64,000 nucleotides of DNA, taken from the NCBI GenBank assembly GCA_937910285.1, contig CALEOC010000153.1, positions 15,481 to 79,480 of the forward strand, given 5' to 3'. This stretch comes from an uncultured Myxococcales bacterium. GTDB lineage: Bacteria > Myxococcota > Myxococcia > Myxococcales > UBA5297. Of this stretch, positions 19,921-29,419 are shown piece after piece. The position numbers and the translations under genes are program-made. The number at the start of each line of letters is the position of its first letter. Positions within the stretch are counted from its first letter, which is position 1. The notes under the pieces were generated by a model. The model saw only the letters and a program-made list of their open reading frames with translations. It was not told where the DNA came from and ran no database searches.

Positions 19921-22854
19921 ATGACCAGTCCAAATCTGCGTGGCTTCTTGACGACCGCGTTGGCCGCCCTGCTCGCGCTCGGCGCAGGCGCTTGCGGCAA
20001 CGACGTTCCAGCCGGCGAGGAGGACGCCGGCATCGAGGAGCCCGTCTCCTGCGAAGAGGATGCGTCCCTGTGCGGCGAGCACGCGAGCTGCGTCGAGGGG
20101 GACGACGGCATGGTCTGCGTCTGCGATCAGGGCTGGGAGGGCGACGGCGCGAGCTGCGCGGATGTCGACGAGTGCGAGGCGGAGACGGCCGACTGCGACG
20201 AGAACGCGACCTGCGCCAATACCGAAGGCTCGTTCACCTGCGCCTGCAACGAAGGCTTCACCGGCGACGGCAAGACCTGTGAAGAGGCGGCAAACCCCTG
20301 TGACGAGCTCGAGTGCCCTGCCGGCGCGCGCTGCCAGGAGGTCGACGGCGAGTACGCGTGCGTCTGCCTGCCGGGCTACGCGGGCGACGGCACGAGCTGC
20401 TCCGACATCGACGAGTGCGCGGCGGCGCTCTCGCCGTGCGACGCGAACGCAACCTGCGAGAACTCTGACGGCAGCTTCACCTGCACCTGCAACACCGGCT
20501 ATTCCGGCAACGGCGCGAGCTGCAGCGACATCGACGAGTGCGCCGGCACCAATCCGTGCGCGCCGGGCGAGGCCTGCACGAACACCGAGGGCGGCTACGA
20601 GTGCGGCTGTGGCGAGGGGTTCGTGGAGGACGGCGAAGGCTGCGTCGACATCGACGAGTGCGCCGCCGAGACCTCTCCTTGCGACGCGAACGCCTCCTGC
20701 GAGAACACCGAGGGGGCCTACACCTGCACCTGCAACGGCGGCTTTTCGGGCGACGGCCTGACCTGCGCCGACCTCGACGAGTGCACCGACGGCACGGCCG
20801 AATGCGAGGAAGGGACGACCTGCCTGAACACGCCGGGCGGCTTCGTCTGCGCCTGCCCGACGGGCTACGCCGAGGTCGAAGGAGCCTGCGAGGACATCGA
20901 CGAGTGCCTGGAGCTGACGGCGGGCTGTCATCCCCTCGCCACCTGCCACAACGAGCCGGGGTCGTTCCTCTGCGAATGCCCCGAAGGCTACGAGGGCGAC
21001 GGGCTGAGCTGTACCGACATCGACGAGTGCGCCAACGGCACGGCGAGCTGCTCGGGCTCGGCCTGTACGAATACTTCCGGCGGCTTCGAGTGCGGCTGCC
21101 CGAGCGGCTTTGAGGACGACGGCTCGGGCTGCGCCGACGTGAACGAGTGCGCGAGCGGCCAGGCCGGCTGCGACGATCTCGCGACCTGCACGAACACCGA
21201 GGGCAGCTTCACCTGCGCCTGCAACGAGGGCTATGAGGGCGACGGCTTCTCCTGCACCGACATCAACGAGTGCGCGACCGGGGCCGACAACTGCAGCGAG
21301 CACGCCACCTGCGAGAACTCCGACGGCGGCTTCGACTGCACCTGCAGCGAGGGCTACGCGGGCAACGGCATCACCTGCGCTGACGTCGACGAGTGCGACA
21401 ACGGCGAGCACGAGTGCGACCCGAACGCGACCTGCACCAACACCCCGGGGTCTTTCACCTGCGCGTGCAACGCGGGCTTCGGGGGCGACGGCCGCTTTTG
21501 CGAGGACATCGACGAGTGCGCGACCAACACGCACGACTGCGACCCGAACGCCGAGTGCTTCAACGACACCGCCACCTTCACCTGCATCTGCAACCTGGGC
21601 TTCGACGGCGACGGCCGCGAATGCATCGACGTCGACGAGTGCGCGGAGGGCACCGACGACTGCTCGATGAACGCCAACTGCCACAACACCCCTGGCAGCT
21701 TCACCTGCACCTGCAAGCCAGGATGGGAAGGCGACGGCACCGAGTGCACCGACATCGACGAGTGCGAGGCGGGCAGCTACACCTGCGACCCGAACGCGAC
21801 CTGCCAAAACACCGACAGCAGCTACACCTGCGTCTGCAACGAGGGCTTCACCGGCAACGGCGAGACCTGCGAGGACATCGACGAGTGCGATGACGGCTCC
21901 CACGACTGCGACCCGAACGCCACCTGCACCAACACCGACGGCAGCTATGCCTGTGCCTGCGGCGAGGGCTATGAGGGCGACGGCACCTACTGCGAAGACC
22001 TCGACGAGTGTGAGTCGGGCGACCACGAGTGCTTCCCGGGCGCCACCTGCGTCAACGACATCGGCGGCTATGGCTGCGAGTGCCCGAGCATGATGTTCGG
22101 CGACGGCTTCGAGTGCTCCCACTACGCCTCCTGCGCCGAGTTGAGCGCGATGGAGTCGGACCTCGTCGACGGCGAGTACACGATCGACCCGGGCGACGGC
22201 CCGCTCGCCGTCTGGTGCGACATGACCAGCGACGGCGGCGGCTGGACGCTCATCGGCTCGATGGTCAACACCGACGCGCGCCGCTGGACCAGCCTGGCGG
22301 TGCTCACCGACGCGAGCGGCTTCGGGACCATCGACCAGCGCCAGAGCGCCGACTTCAAGTCGCCGGCCTGGTCGCAAGTGCCCGCGGGCGATCTGCTGCT
22401 GCGCACCGAGGAGTACGCGGTCGGCTACGGCGCGCTGCTCGAGAATCGCAGCTATGGCGCCCACATCGCGGCCGGCTGGCCGGCCGGCTGCAACAGCACC
22501 TGGCTGCGCTCGGGCGCCGACTTCTCCGAGGGCCTGGAGGTCGAGCAGGAGCAGCTCTTCGGGTACGCCTTGCGCGGCCTGGACACCAACGCCTCCTGCT
22601 TCCCCGGCGGGAACGAGAACGCGGCGATCACCCTGTTGGCGACCGACAACTGGAACGACGGCCTCGCCAACACGCCCGCGGGACAGGAGGTCTGGTCGCT
22701 TGACGATCACTCGATGCTGCGGGCCGAGCTCATCGTCCCGGTCGAGTGCGTGGGCGGCTGGCCCTGCAACGAAGCCGGCTTCATGCAGGACGTTGGTTCC
22801 CAGTGCTACGACTCCGACTGCAAGGCCGACTGGGTCGAGATCTACGTCCGCTAG
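19921..22854 (+). CDS. Surface lipoprotein with 17 EGF-like repeats (mostly calcium-binding type) and a C-terminal fibrinogen/intelectin-like domain
   Basis: Lipobox AGAC; 15 D[IVL][DN]EC-type repeats plus 2 other EGF-like units; SCAEL...DGEYTID...WCDMTSDGGGWTL. Confidence 0.9.
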   Translation: MTSPNLRGFLTTALAALLALGAGACGNDVPAGEEDAGIEEPVSCEEDASLCGEHASCVEGDDGMVCVCDQGWEGDGASCADVDECEAETADCDENATCANTEGSFTCACNEGFTGDGKTCEEAANPCDELECPAGARCQEVDGEYACVCLPGYAGDGTSCSDIDECAAALSPCDANATCENSDGSFTCTCNTGYSGNGASCSDIDECAGTNPCAPGEACTNTEGGYECGCGEGFVEDGEGCVDIDECAAETSPCDANASCENTEGAYTCTCNGGFSGDGLTCADLDECTDGTAECEEGTTCLNTPGGFVCACPTGYAEVEGACEDIDECLELTAGCHPLATCHNEPGSFLCECPEGYEGDGLSCTDIDECANGTASCSGSACTNTSGGFECGCPSGFEDDGSGCADVNECASGQAGCDDLATCTNTEGSFTCACNEGYEGDGFSCTDINECATGADNCSEHATCENSDGGFDCTCSEGYAGNGITCADVDECDNGEHECDPNATCTNTPGSFTCACNAGFGGDGRFCEDIDECATNTHDCDPNAECFNDTATFTCICNLGFDGDGRECIDVDECAEGTDDCSMNANCHNTPGSFTCTCKPGWEGDGTECTDIDECEAGSYTCDPNATCQNTDSSYTCVCNEGFTGNGETCEDIDECDDGSHDCDPNATCTNTDGSYACACGEGYEGDGTYCEDLDECESGDHECFPGATCVNDIGGYGCECPSMMFGDGFECSHYASCAELSAMESDLVDGEYTIDPGDGPLAVWCDMTSDGGGWTLIGSMVNTDARRWTSLAVLTDASGFGTIDQRQSADFKSPAWSQVPAGDLLLRTEEYAVGYGALLENRSYGAHIAAGWPAGCNSTWLRSGADFSEGLEVEQEQLFGYALRGLDTNASCFPGGNENAAITLLATDNWNDGLANTPAGQEVWSLDDHSMLRAELIVPVECVGGWPCNEAGFMQDVGSQCYDSDCKADWVEIYVR

Positions 22855-23059
22855 CCGGAGCCTGAGGGCCTGGCCTGCCGCACCAGGCCCGAACGGAGGC
22901 TGCGAAGGGCCGCTCTTGTCGAGCGGCCCTTCGCGCGTTCAAGTCCCCGGCAAGTTGCTCGTCGGTTCCGCCCGGCCCTGCCGGCGCCGGCAGGGCCGGT
23001 TGAACCTGGGTCTCCTCACAGGTATCCCTTTGCTGAAGAGGATTCCGACCGGAGAGGTG

Positions 23060-24007
23060 ATGACCGCGAAGCGCTGTCCTTCGTGCAAGCAGAGCGTCCC
23101 AGCGAGCGCCTTTCAGTGCCCGCGCTGCGAGCTGATGCTCGTCGGTTTCGACCAGGAGCTCGACTTCGAGCCAGGCCACCGGAACGTCGTTCAGGCGATG
23201 TTCGAACGGCCCGAGGCAGCGATCGCCAAGTCCGAGACGCCCCGCTCGGCGACCCGCGAGCGCCCTCGCACCGGGCCGCTGCCGGCCCCCGACGACGTTC
23301 CCTGCGTGGTCGAGGGGCTTCGCCTGTCGCGGATGGGCCTGTCGCGCATCGAGGCGGTCGTCGTGGGCGCGGCCGATGGCCTCCAGACCGTGCTCGAGCT
23401 GACCAAGACAGTCGGCGGCTCGTTGGGCGAATTGCAGGTGGTGCTCCAGGGCCTCGTGGGAATCGGCGTCATCACCCTCTCGCCGGCGCAGGCCCTCTGG
23501 GAAGAGGCGGACGCAGAGGACGAGACCGTCAAGTTCGACCTCAACGAGCTGCAGGAGAAGGCCCGGCTCAACAAGGACCGGGCCGAGCAGCTCCGGGCGC
23601 GGCCGCCTGCCCATCGGCCCCCGACCTCTCCACAGACAGAGCCCGAGCGGCCCGCCCCCGCGCGCCCGATGTCCAGGCGGCGCACCGGCGCGCCCCGGGG
23701 CGAAGGCGACAACGCGCTGGAGATGGCCATCAAGCTCGAGCGCTCCGGCCGGGGTCTGGAGGCGCTGCGCTACCTCGAGCTGGCCATCTCCCGCAGCAAC
23801 GACGCGGCTCCGCTCTACAACCGGCTGGCCATCGTGCTGATCCGCGAGCGATTCGACTTTCGCGGCGCCGAGAAGATGCTTCTCAAGGCGCTCGAGCTCG
23901 CTCCGGCCAACCCCGTCTATCGCGGCAACCTGGCGCTGGTCCGCGAGCGCAAGGCCATCGCCACGCACCCGAAGCTGCAGACGCTCAAGCGCGGCCAGGA
24001 CCGTTAG
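23060..24007 (+). CDS. Zn-ribbon plus C-terminal TPR protein
   Basis: GGAGAGG RBS, CPSC...CPRC, TPR-like ALELAPANPVYRGNL. Confidence 0.7.
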   Translation: MTAKRCPSCKQSVPASAFQCPRCELMLVGFDQELDFEPGHRNVVQAMFERPEAAIAKSETPRSATRERPRTGPLPAPDDVPCVVEGLRLSRMGLSRIEAVVVGAADGLQTVLELTKTVGGSLGELQVVLQGLVGIGVITLSPAQALWEEADAEDETVKFDLNELQEKARLNKDRAEQLRARPPAHRPPTSPQTEPERPAPARPMSRRRTGAPRGEGDNALEMAIKLERSGRGLEALRYLELAISRSNDAAPLYNRLAIVLIRERFDFRGAEKMLLKALELAPANPVYRGNLALVRERKAIATHPKLQTLKRGQDR

Positions 24008-24075
24008 CGGGCGGCCCCCGAAGGCCCTCGCGCGCGAGCTGCGTCGGGGCTCGCCGCGCGCGAGCGCGCCCGGGT

Positions 24076-25185
24076 TCAGAAGGGCAGCAGGAGGTGCGGC
24101 AGCCGCGAGAAGTAGTGCACCTCGGCCGCCGCGAGCGCGAGGAACGGGCCGAAGGGGATGGCGGTCGGGTCCGGCACCCAGCCGTCGTCGGCCGGCTTGG
24201 CGACGACCGTGACGCCCTGCGGCAACCGGCCAAGACCGGCCCGCTTCTCGTCGGCAACGGGCGCGGCCGCGATCACTGGTGCTGCCCCCGTGGGCTCGGC
24301 CGGCTGCGCCACCGAGAGCGCGACTGGCCCCTCGGGCGAAGCCTCTATCGAGGATACGAACGCGGGCGGTACCACCAGCCCGGCGGCCGCGCCGTCGGCC
24401 GCAGCTTCAGCCGAGGAGGCGAGCGCGGGCGGCGCCCCCTCGGAGTCGGTCTCGACCTCGGCCTCCGGGGGCGAAGCGGACGAGCGGCCCCTGCGCCGGC
24501 GCGCGGCGATCATCGCGATGCCGATGAGCGAGCCCTGCAGCGAGGAGAGCAACAACACCGGAAAGAGCGCCTTGAGCCCGAGAAAAGCGCCAATGAGCGC
24601 GACCAGCCCGAGGTCCCCGCGACCGATGGCCTCCTTGCCGAAGACCCGCTCGCCGATGGCGCCAAGCAGCATCAACCCGGTGTACGCGACCGCGGCGGCC
24701 AGCAGGTGCTGCATGAAGAGCTCGCGGCCCTGCGGCAGCGTCAGCAGCAGCCCGGCGACCACGCCCGTGTACGTCAGCTCGGTGGGCAACAGCCAGGTGT
24801 CCAGATCGATCATCGCCAGCGGGATCAGGAATCCGAGCAGCACGATCTCGCGGGCCGCGTCCCAGCCGAGCCCGTGGCGATAGACCGCGAAGGCGCAAAC
24901 GAGGCCGAACGCGAGCTCGACGAAGGCGTAGCGAAACGAGAAGGGCGCCAGGCAGTTGCTGCAGCGCCCGCGGAGCTGGAACCACGAGAGGACGGGGAGG
25001 TTGTGAAACGGCTCGATGCCCTTGCCGCACGAGCAGCAGTGCGAAGGCGGCCAGACTATCGACTCGCCGAACGGCACCCGGGCAATCACCACGTTGAGGA
25101 AGCTGCCGATGCTCGCGCCGAAGAGAAACGCCGAGCCGACGAGGAACCAGACAGGGGCAGTGCGGAGGGCAGCGAAGAGGGTCAT
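24076..25185 (-). CDS. pilD: Type IV prepilin peptidase / N-methyltransferase
   Basis: GSFLNVVIAR, two CxxC pairs, IDLD, GRGD and IPFGPFL; carries a low-complexity Ala/Pro/Glu insert. Confidence 0.92.
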   Translation of the reverse strand: MTLFAALRTAPVWFLVGSAFLFGASIGSFLNVVIARVPFGESIVWPPSHCCSCGKGIEPFHNLPVLSWFQLRGRCSNCLAPFSFRYAFVELAFGLVCAFAVYRHGLGWDAAREIVLLGFLIPLAMIDLDTWLLPTELTYTGVVAGLLLTLPQGRELFMQHLLAAAVAYTGLMLLGAIGERVFGKEAIGRGDLGLVALIGAFLGLKALFPVLLLSSLQGSLIGIAMIAARRRRGRSSASPPEAEVETDSEGAPPALASSAEAAADGAAAGLVVPPAFVSSIEASPEGPVALSVAQPAEPTGAAPVIAAAPVADEKRAGLGRLPQGVTVVAKPADDGWVPDPTAIPFGPFLALAAAEVHYFSRLPHLLLPF

Positions 25186-25444
25186 GGGGTCGACGAGCGC
25201 TCCCTCGCCCGAGCGCCTGTCACCGCGCGCGGGCCGGTCCGGGGCGAGGCCTTGCAACGCGTAGCCGCTGCCCTGAATTGCGCCGCGTTTATACCGGCTC
25301 GGCTCAGCGACGGGGGGAAAAACCTCTTGACCAGAGGCCGATACGCATCCTCGCTTCTTGGGCTAAGGTGCAACTGCTTCTTCACAGTCAGAGGGCCTGC
25401 GGGGTCAGCGCTTCAGACGCCGGGCACTTCGCTGCCGAATACCA

Positions 25445-25936
25445 ATGGACCAACAACGCCTGGCCGCTCTTTATCGCCGTTACGGGCCCGCGGCCTACGC
25501 ACGCTGTCGCAAGTTGCTGCGCGACGAGGCGCTCGCCGAGGACGCCGTGCAGGAGGTGTTCGTGCGCGTGCTACGCCACCTGGACAAGGCCCCCGATGAC
25601 GAGGCCGCCCTCGGCTGGATCTACCGGATCTCGACGAACTACTGCCTCAACCTGCTGCGCGACCGCGCGGCGCAGGCCGAGCCGGTCGACGAGCTTCCGG
25701 AAGGGACGACCGGCGACCTGGAAGCTGTGCTCTCCGATAGAGACGCGTGCCTGCGGGTCCTCGCCCGCATGCCCGACAAGCTCAGGGCGCCGGCGGTCCT
25801 CCACTACCTCGACGGTCTCGAGCAGGGACGGGTCGCCGAGGTGCTCGGGGTCTCGCGGCGCACGGTGATCAACCGGCTGGCGGCTTTCGCGGATCGCGCC
25901 CGCAAGCTCCTCGAGCCCTCGGGGGGTCTGGAATGA
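25445..25936 (+). CDS. ECF sigma factor
   Basis: AEDAVQEVF and WIYRISTNYCLN (region 2); EVLGVSRRTV HTH (region 4). Confidence 0.93.
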   Translation: MDQQRLAALYRRYGPAAYARCRKLLRDEALAEDAVQEVFVRVLRHLDKAPDDEAALGWIYRISTNYCLNLLRDRAAQAEPVDELPEGTTGDLEAVLSDRDACLRVLARMPDKLRAPAVLHYLDGLEQGRVAEVLGVSRRTVINRLAAFADRARKLLEPSGGLE

Positions 25937-26661
25937 ACGAGCGCGACCACCTCTGTGCGCTGTCGCTCGACAGGCTCCTGCTCTCGTCGATGTCGGCGGA
26001 CGAAGAGCGGCAAGCCGGCGAGCACCTCGAGGCCTGCGAGGCCTGCCGGACGGCCCTCGAAGAGCTGCGGGCCGACCAGCAGCGCTTCGCGGCACGAGTC
26101 TTCGCGCGCACGCTACCCCCGCTCGAAGCCCGCGCTTGCAGGCGCGGACGGCTCGAGCTCTTGGCCGCGCGGCTGGGCAATCCGCGGCTGCTCGTGCCGG
26201 TCGGCCTCGCCGTCGCGCTTCTCCTCGTGGTCGCGCGGCCAGCGCCCGAGCCCGACCTGAGGATCAAGGGCGGCCCCACCCTCAAGGTCTTCGCCCGCCG
26301 CCAGGGAGCGGTCTTCCAGGTCCGGCCCGATACCCGCCTTGCCGCCGGCGACCGCATCCGCTTCGTCATCGAGCCCGAGCGGCCCGGATACCTGTTGGTG
26401 GCCTCGGTCGACGGCGCGGGCACGGTGAGCGTCTACTTCCCGCCCGAGGGCGGACAAAGCGCGCCGGTCGGCGCCGGCCGCAGCGAGCTGCCGGGCAGCA
26501 TCGAACTGGACGACGCCCCCGGTCCCGAACGGCTCTTCGCCTACTTCAGCGAGCAGCCCCTGCCCGCCGCCGAGGTGGCTCGGGCGCTCGCGGCCGCGCC
26601 GGGCGCGGTGGTCTCCGGGGTGAAGCCGCTCGAGCTCTCCTTCGCCAAGGAACAACCTTGA
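25933..26661 (+). CDS. Anti-sigma factor (zf-HC2, transmembrane helix, DUF4384-like domain)
   Basis: HLEACEAC, one TM helix, RIKGG, GDRIRF and SIELDD motifs; ATGA overlap with the sigma gene. Confidence 0.85.
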   Translation: MNERDHLCALSLDRLLLSSMSADEERQAGEHLEACEACRTALEELRADQQRFAARVFARTLPPLEARACRRGRLELLAARLGNPRLLVPVGLAVALLLVVARPAPEPDLRIKGGPTLKVFARRQGAVFQVRPDTRLAAGDRIRFVIEPERPGYLLVASVDGAGTVSVYFPPEGGQSAPVGAGRSELPGSIELDDAPGPERLFAYFSEQPLPAAEVARALAAAPGAVVSGVKPLELSFAKEQP

Positions 26662-28199
26662 GAGCGCTCGCGCTGCTGCCCCTGGTCCTGCTCCTCCTGT
26701 CCCCGCCAGCAGATGCCGAGACCCGGCGCTTCGCGTTGCTGGTGGGCAACAACGCGGGCACAGGCGAGCTGCCGCCGCTGCGCTTCGCCGAGGCCGACGC
26801 GGGCAAGGTCGCCCGCGTCCTGGTCGAGGTGGGCAACGTCGAGGAAGACGACGTCTTCCTGCTGCAGGGGCGGTCACTGGCCGAGATCGAGCGCGCGATC
26901 GCCCTGGCGGGCGACCGGATAGCCGAGGTGCAGCGTCGGCCGGACGCGCGGGCGCTGCTGCTCTTTTACTTCTCGGGCCACAGCGACGGCGAAGCGCTCG
27001 AGCTGGGCCCCGAGAAGCTGGCCTTCGGGCGCCTCAAGTCCCTGCTCGCGAGCGCCGGCGCCGAGGTGCGCCTGACCATCATCGACGCGTGCAAGAGCGG
27101 CGCGGCCATCGCGGCCAAGGGCGGCAAGCCAGCCCCCGGCTTCACCATCCGGCTGGTAGACGAGCTGGCGACCAGAGGCGAGGCCATCCTCGCCTCGAGC
27201 GCCGCGGACGAGGTCGCGCTCGAGTCGCGAGAGGTGAAGGGCAGCTACTTTACCCACCACCTCGTCAGCGGCCTGCGGGGCGCGGCCGACGCCTCGGGGG
27301 ACGGGCAGGTCACGCTCGCAGAGGCCTATCGCCACGCCTACGAGCGCACCCGGGCGGCGACCGCGGCCACGCTCGCCGGGGCCCAGCACCCGGTCTACGA
27401 CTTTCGCCTCTCCGGCCAGGGCGAGCTCGTCCTCGCATCCCTGTCGCGCCAGAGCGCACGCCTCGAGCTGCCCGGCGGCTTCGAGCGCGGGCTCGTCTTC
27501 GACCTGGCGCGCGATCAGGTCGTCGCCGAGCTGCCGGCCGGGTCGGCGCCGCGGATAGCCCTCGCCCCCGGCGCCTACGGGGTGACCGCCTTTCGCGAGG
27601 GCCAGGCCTTTGGCGGCCGCTTCCAGATCTCCGAGGGCGCGCTGCGCAGCGTCGATTGGTCGGAGCTGTCGCCTGTCAACCCGCCGAAGGTCGCGCGCAA
27701 GGGCCCCTCGGCGCGCACCGAGGCTGCGGTCGAAGAGGCGGCCGACGAACGACCCGCCCTCGGCGCGCTCCTCGGAGCCGGCGCCGGCGTCGCCGAGCGC
27801 CTTGGCCTGATGGGCGCGCTGCGGCTCGAGCTCGAGTTGGCAAGGCCGTCGGGCTTGCTCATCGCCGTGGCTGGCGCCCACGGCCGGGCACCAGGCTTTT
27901 CGGAGACCGCCCTGGCGGCGAGGGTGGGATGGGCGCTGCGGCTCGAGCTGGGGGCGTTCACGCTCTTTCTCGGGCTCGAGGCCGGCCCCGCCTATGTCGG
28001 CCAGGCGGTCGATAGGGGCTGGACGAACTCGACGCTTGGTTTGCAGATCGGACCGCGCGCCGGGGCGCGCGCTCGGCTCTCCGAGCGGCTCGAGCTCGCG
28101 GTCGAGGGCGAGCTGATGGTCGGGCTGATCGGCGTCAACAGTGCCCTGTCTGCAAGGCCCCTTCCCGCTGGCTTCGCCGGGCTGCGTATGCGCCTGTAG
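26658..28199 (+). CDS. Secreted caspase-family (peptidase C14) protein
   Basis: TTG start overlapping the upstream stop, signal peptide, RFALLVGNN, YFSGHSDG and DACKSG His/Cys dyad. Confidence 0.88.
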   Translation: MRALALLPLVLLLLSPPADAETRRFALLVGNNAGTGELPPLRFAEADAGKVARVLVEVGNVEEDDVFLLQGRSLAEIERAIALAGDRIAEVQRRPDARALLLFYFSGHSDGEALELGPEKLAFGRLKSLLASAGAEVRLTIIDACKSGAAIAAKGGKPAPGFTIRLVDELATRGEAILASSAADEVALESREVKGSYFTHHLVSGLRGAADASGDGQVTLAEAYRHAYERTRAATAATLAGAQHPVYDFRLSGQGELVLASLSRQSARLELPGGFERGLVFDLARDQVVAELPAGSAPRIALAPGAYGVTAFREGQAFGGRFQISEGALRSVDWSELSPVNPPKVARKGPSARTEAAVEEAADERPALGALLGAGAGVAERLGLMGALRLELELARPSGLLIAVAGAHGRAPGFSETALAARVGWALRLELGAFTLFLGLEAGPAYVGQAVDRGWTNSTLGLQIGPRAGARARLSERLELAVEGELMVGLIGVNSALSARPLPAGFAGLRMRL

Positions 28200-28293
28200 C
28201 GACAAACAGTTGCACAGGCTCGGTCTCTCGCGGGTCAGACAAGCGCAAAGGCCAACTCGAACCGGCGCCTCGGCGCCCGATAAGGAGACACAG

Positions 28294-29022
28294 ATGAAGC
28301 GCCTTCTCACTCTCTTTGCAGCCGCCCTGCTCGCCGCCGCCTGCGGCAATGTCGCCACCGAGCCCGAGGACAAGTCGCCCGACGGCACCGGCGGATACAG
28401 CGCGAGCAAGCCCTGCGGCGACGCCAACAAGTGCCCGACCGGCCAGTTCTGTTACAACGGCCTGTGCGCCCTCGGCTGCAATAGCAATGGCGACTGCGCC
28501 GCGGATCAGTACTGCGACACCGAGTGGTCGCGCCTGTGCCAGAACAAAGTGGTGAAGTCCTGCCCCGACACGCCCTGCCCCGAGGCGCAGACCTGCGTTC
28601 AGAGCCTGTGCACCGCCAAGGAGCAGCCCAAGCAGACCTGCAACCCCGACTCGTTCAACGACGGCTGCGCCGAGAACGCCTTCTGCATCGAGGAGGACGA
28701 GAACCAAGACCCTCAGTGCATGACCTTCTCGGCCTGCGGCGAGGACGGCACCTGCCCAGCGGGCCTGTTCGGAGCGCTGTGCAACGAGAATCTCATCACC
28801 AACAAGGCTCGGGTCTGCCTGCCGGGGCTGTGCAAGGAGGCCGGCAACTGCCCCGCCAACTGGGTCTGCGTCAAGATGACCAGCACGGACCCGGTCGGCT
28901 TCTGCAGCAACGGCGGCCTCAGCAGCATGTGCACCAAGCCCGAGGAGTGCGTCTCGCCCTTCATCTGCCAGCAGCCGATGCCGGGGATGGCCGGGGTATG
29001 CGCTCCGGACGACGGGTTCTAG
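28294..29022 (+). CDS. Cys-rich lipoprotein
   Basis: AAGGAG RBS, lipobox AAAC, numerous Cys-rich repeats. Confidence 0.8.
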   Translation: MKRLLTLFAAALLAAACGNVATEPEDKSPDGTGGYSASKPCGDANKCPTGQFCYNGLCALGCNSNGDCAADQYCDTEWSRLCQNKVVKSCPDTPCPEAQTCVQSLCTAKEQPKQTCNPDSFNDGCAENAFCIEEDENQDPQCMTFSACGEDGTCPAGLFGALCNENLITNKARVCLPGLCKEAGNCPANWVCVKMTSTDPVGFCSNGGLSSMCTKPEECVSPFICQQPMPGMAGVCAPDDGF

Positions 29023-29166
29023 GCGGCAGTCGAGAGTCGAGGACCCGGGCTTCGCCCGGGCCCTCTGCCGGCCGCGGCGCGGCCTGCTGCGCCGGTCCGC
29101 AAGTCGAGCACCAGCTTGGCCGACCTGAAGGTCGACCGTCCTTGAAACGCCCTTTGCCCGACTGAC

Positions 29167-29325
29167 AGAGGCGTCGAGAACACCCTCTTCAGCTCCGCCC
29201 GGCTCCGCTCGCGAGCGGCGGGAGCGGAGTCGAAGGGCCCCTTGACTTGCGGCCTCGCAGGCTCGGCCTCCGCTCGAAAGTGAACGGGGGCCCGGACCGA
29301 ATCCAAGGAGATTTCCGACACCTCT
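29167..29325. mobile_element. MITE-like element
   Basis: AGAGGCGTCGAGAA...TTTCCGACACCTCT|TGA terminal inverted repeats and the shared GGGAGCGGAGTCGAAGGG core. Confidence 0.7.
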
Positions 29326-29354
29326 TGACGCTGGCTCGACCAGTCACTCTAAGG

Positions 29355-29400
29355 AAAAAAGCCCCGCGCGCCCTGGGCGCACGGGGCTTTCGGTTTTTTT
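29355..29400. terminator. Bidirectional rho-independent terminator between convergent genes
   Basis: AAAAAAGCCCCG-CGCGCCC-T-GGGCGC-A-CGGGGCTTT...TTTTTTT. Confidence 0.8.
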
Positions 29401-29419
29401 GGCCCCCGCTCGAGCGCCG

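Noticed and set aside
19771-22710. 979-aa Ala/Val/Gly-rich minus-strand ORF
   Set aside because: Antisense shadow of the EGF-repeat gene.
25300-25440. Possible promoter or riboswitch upstream of the ECF sigma gene
   Set aside because: TTGACC is present but no convincing -10 box or known aptamer could be recognised by eye.
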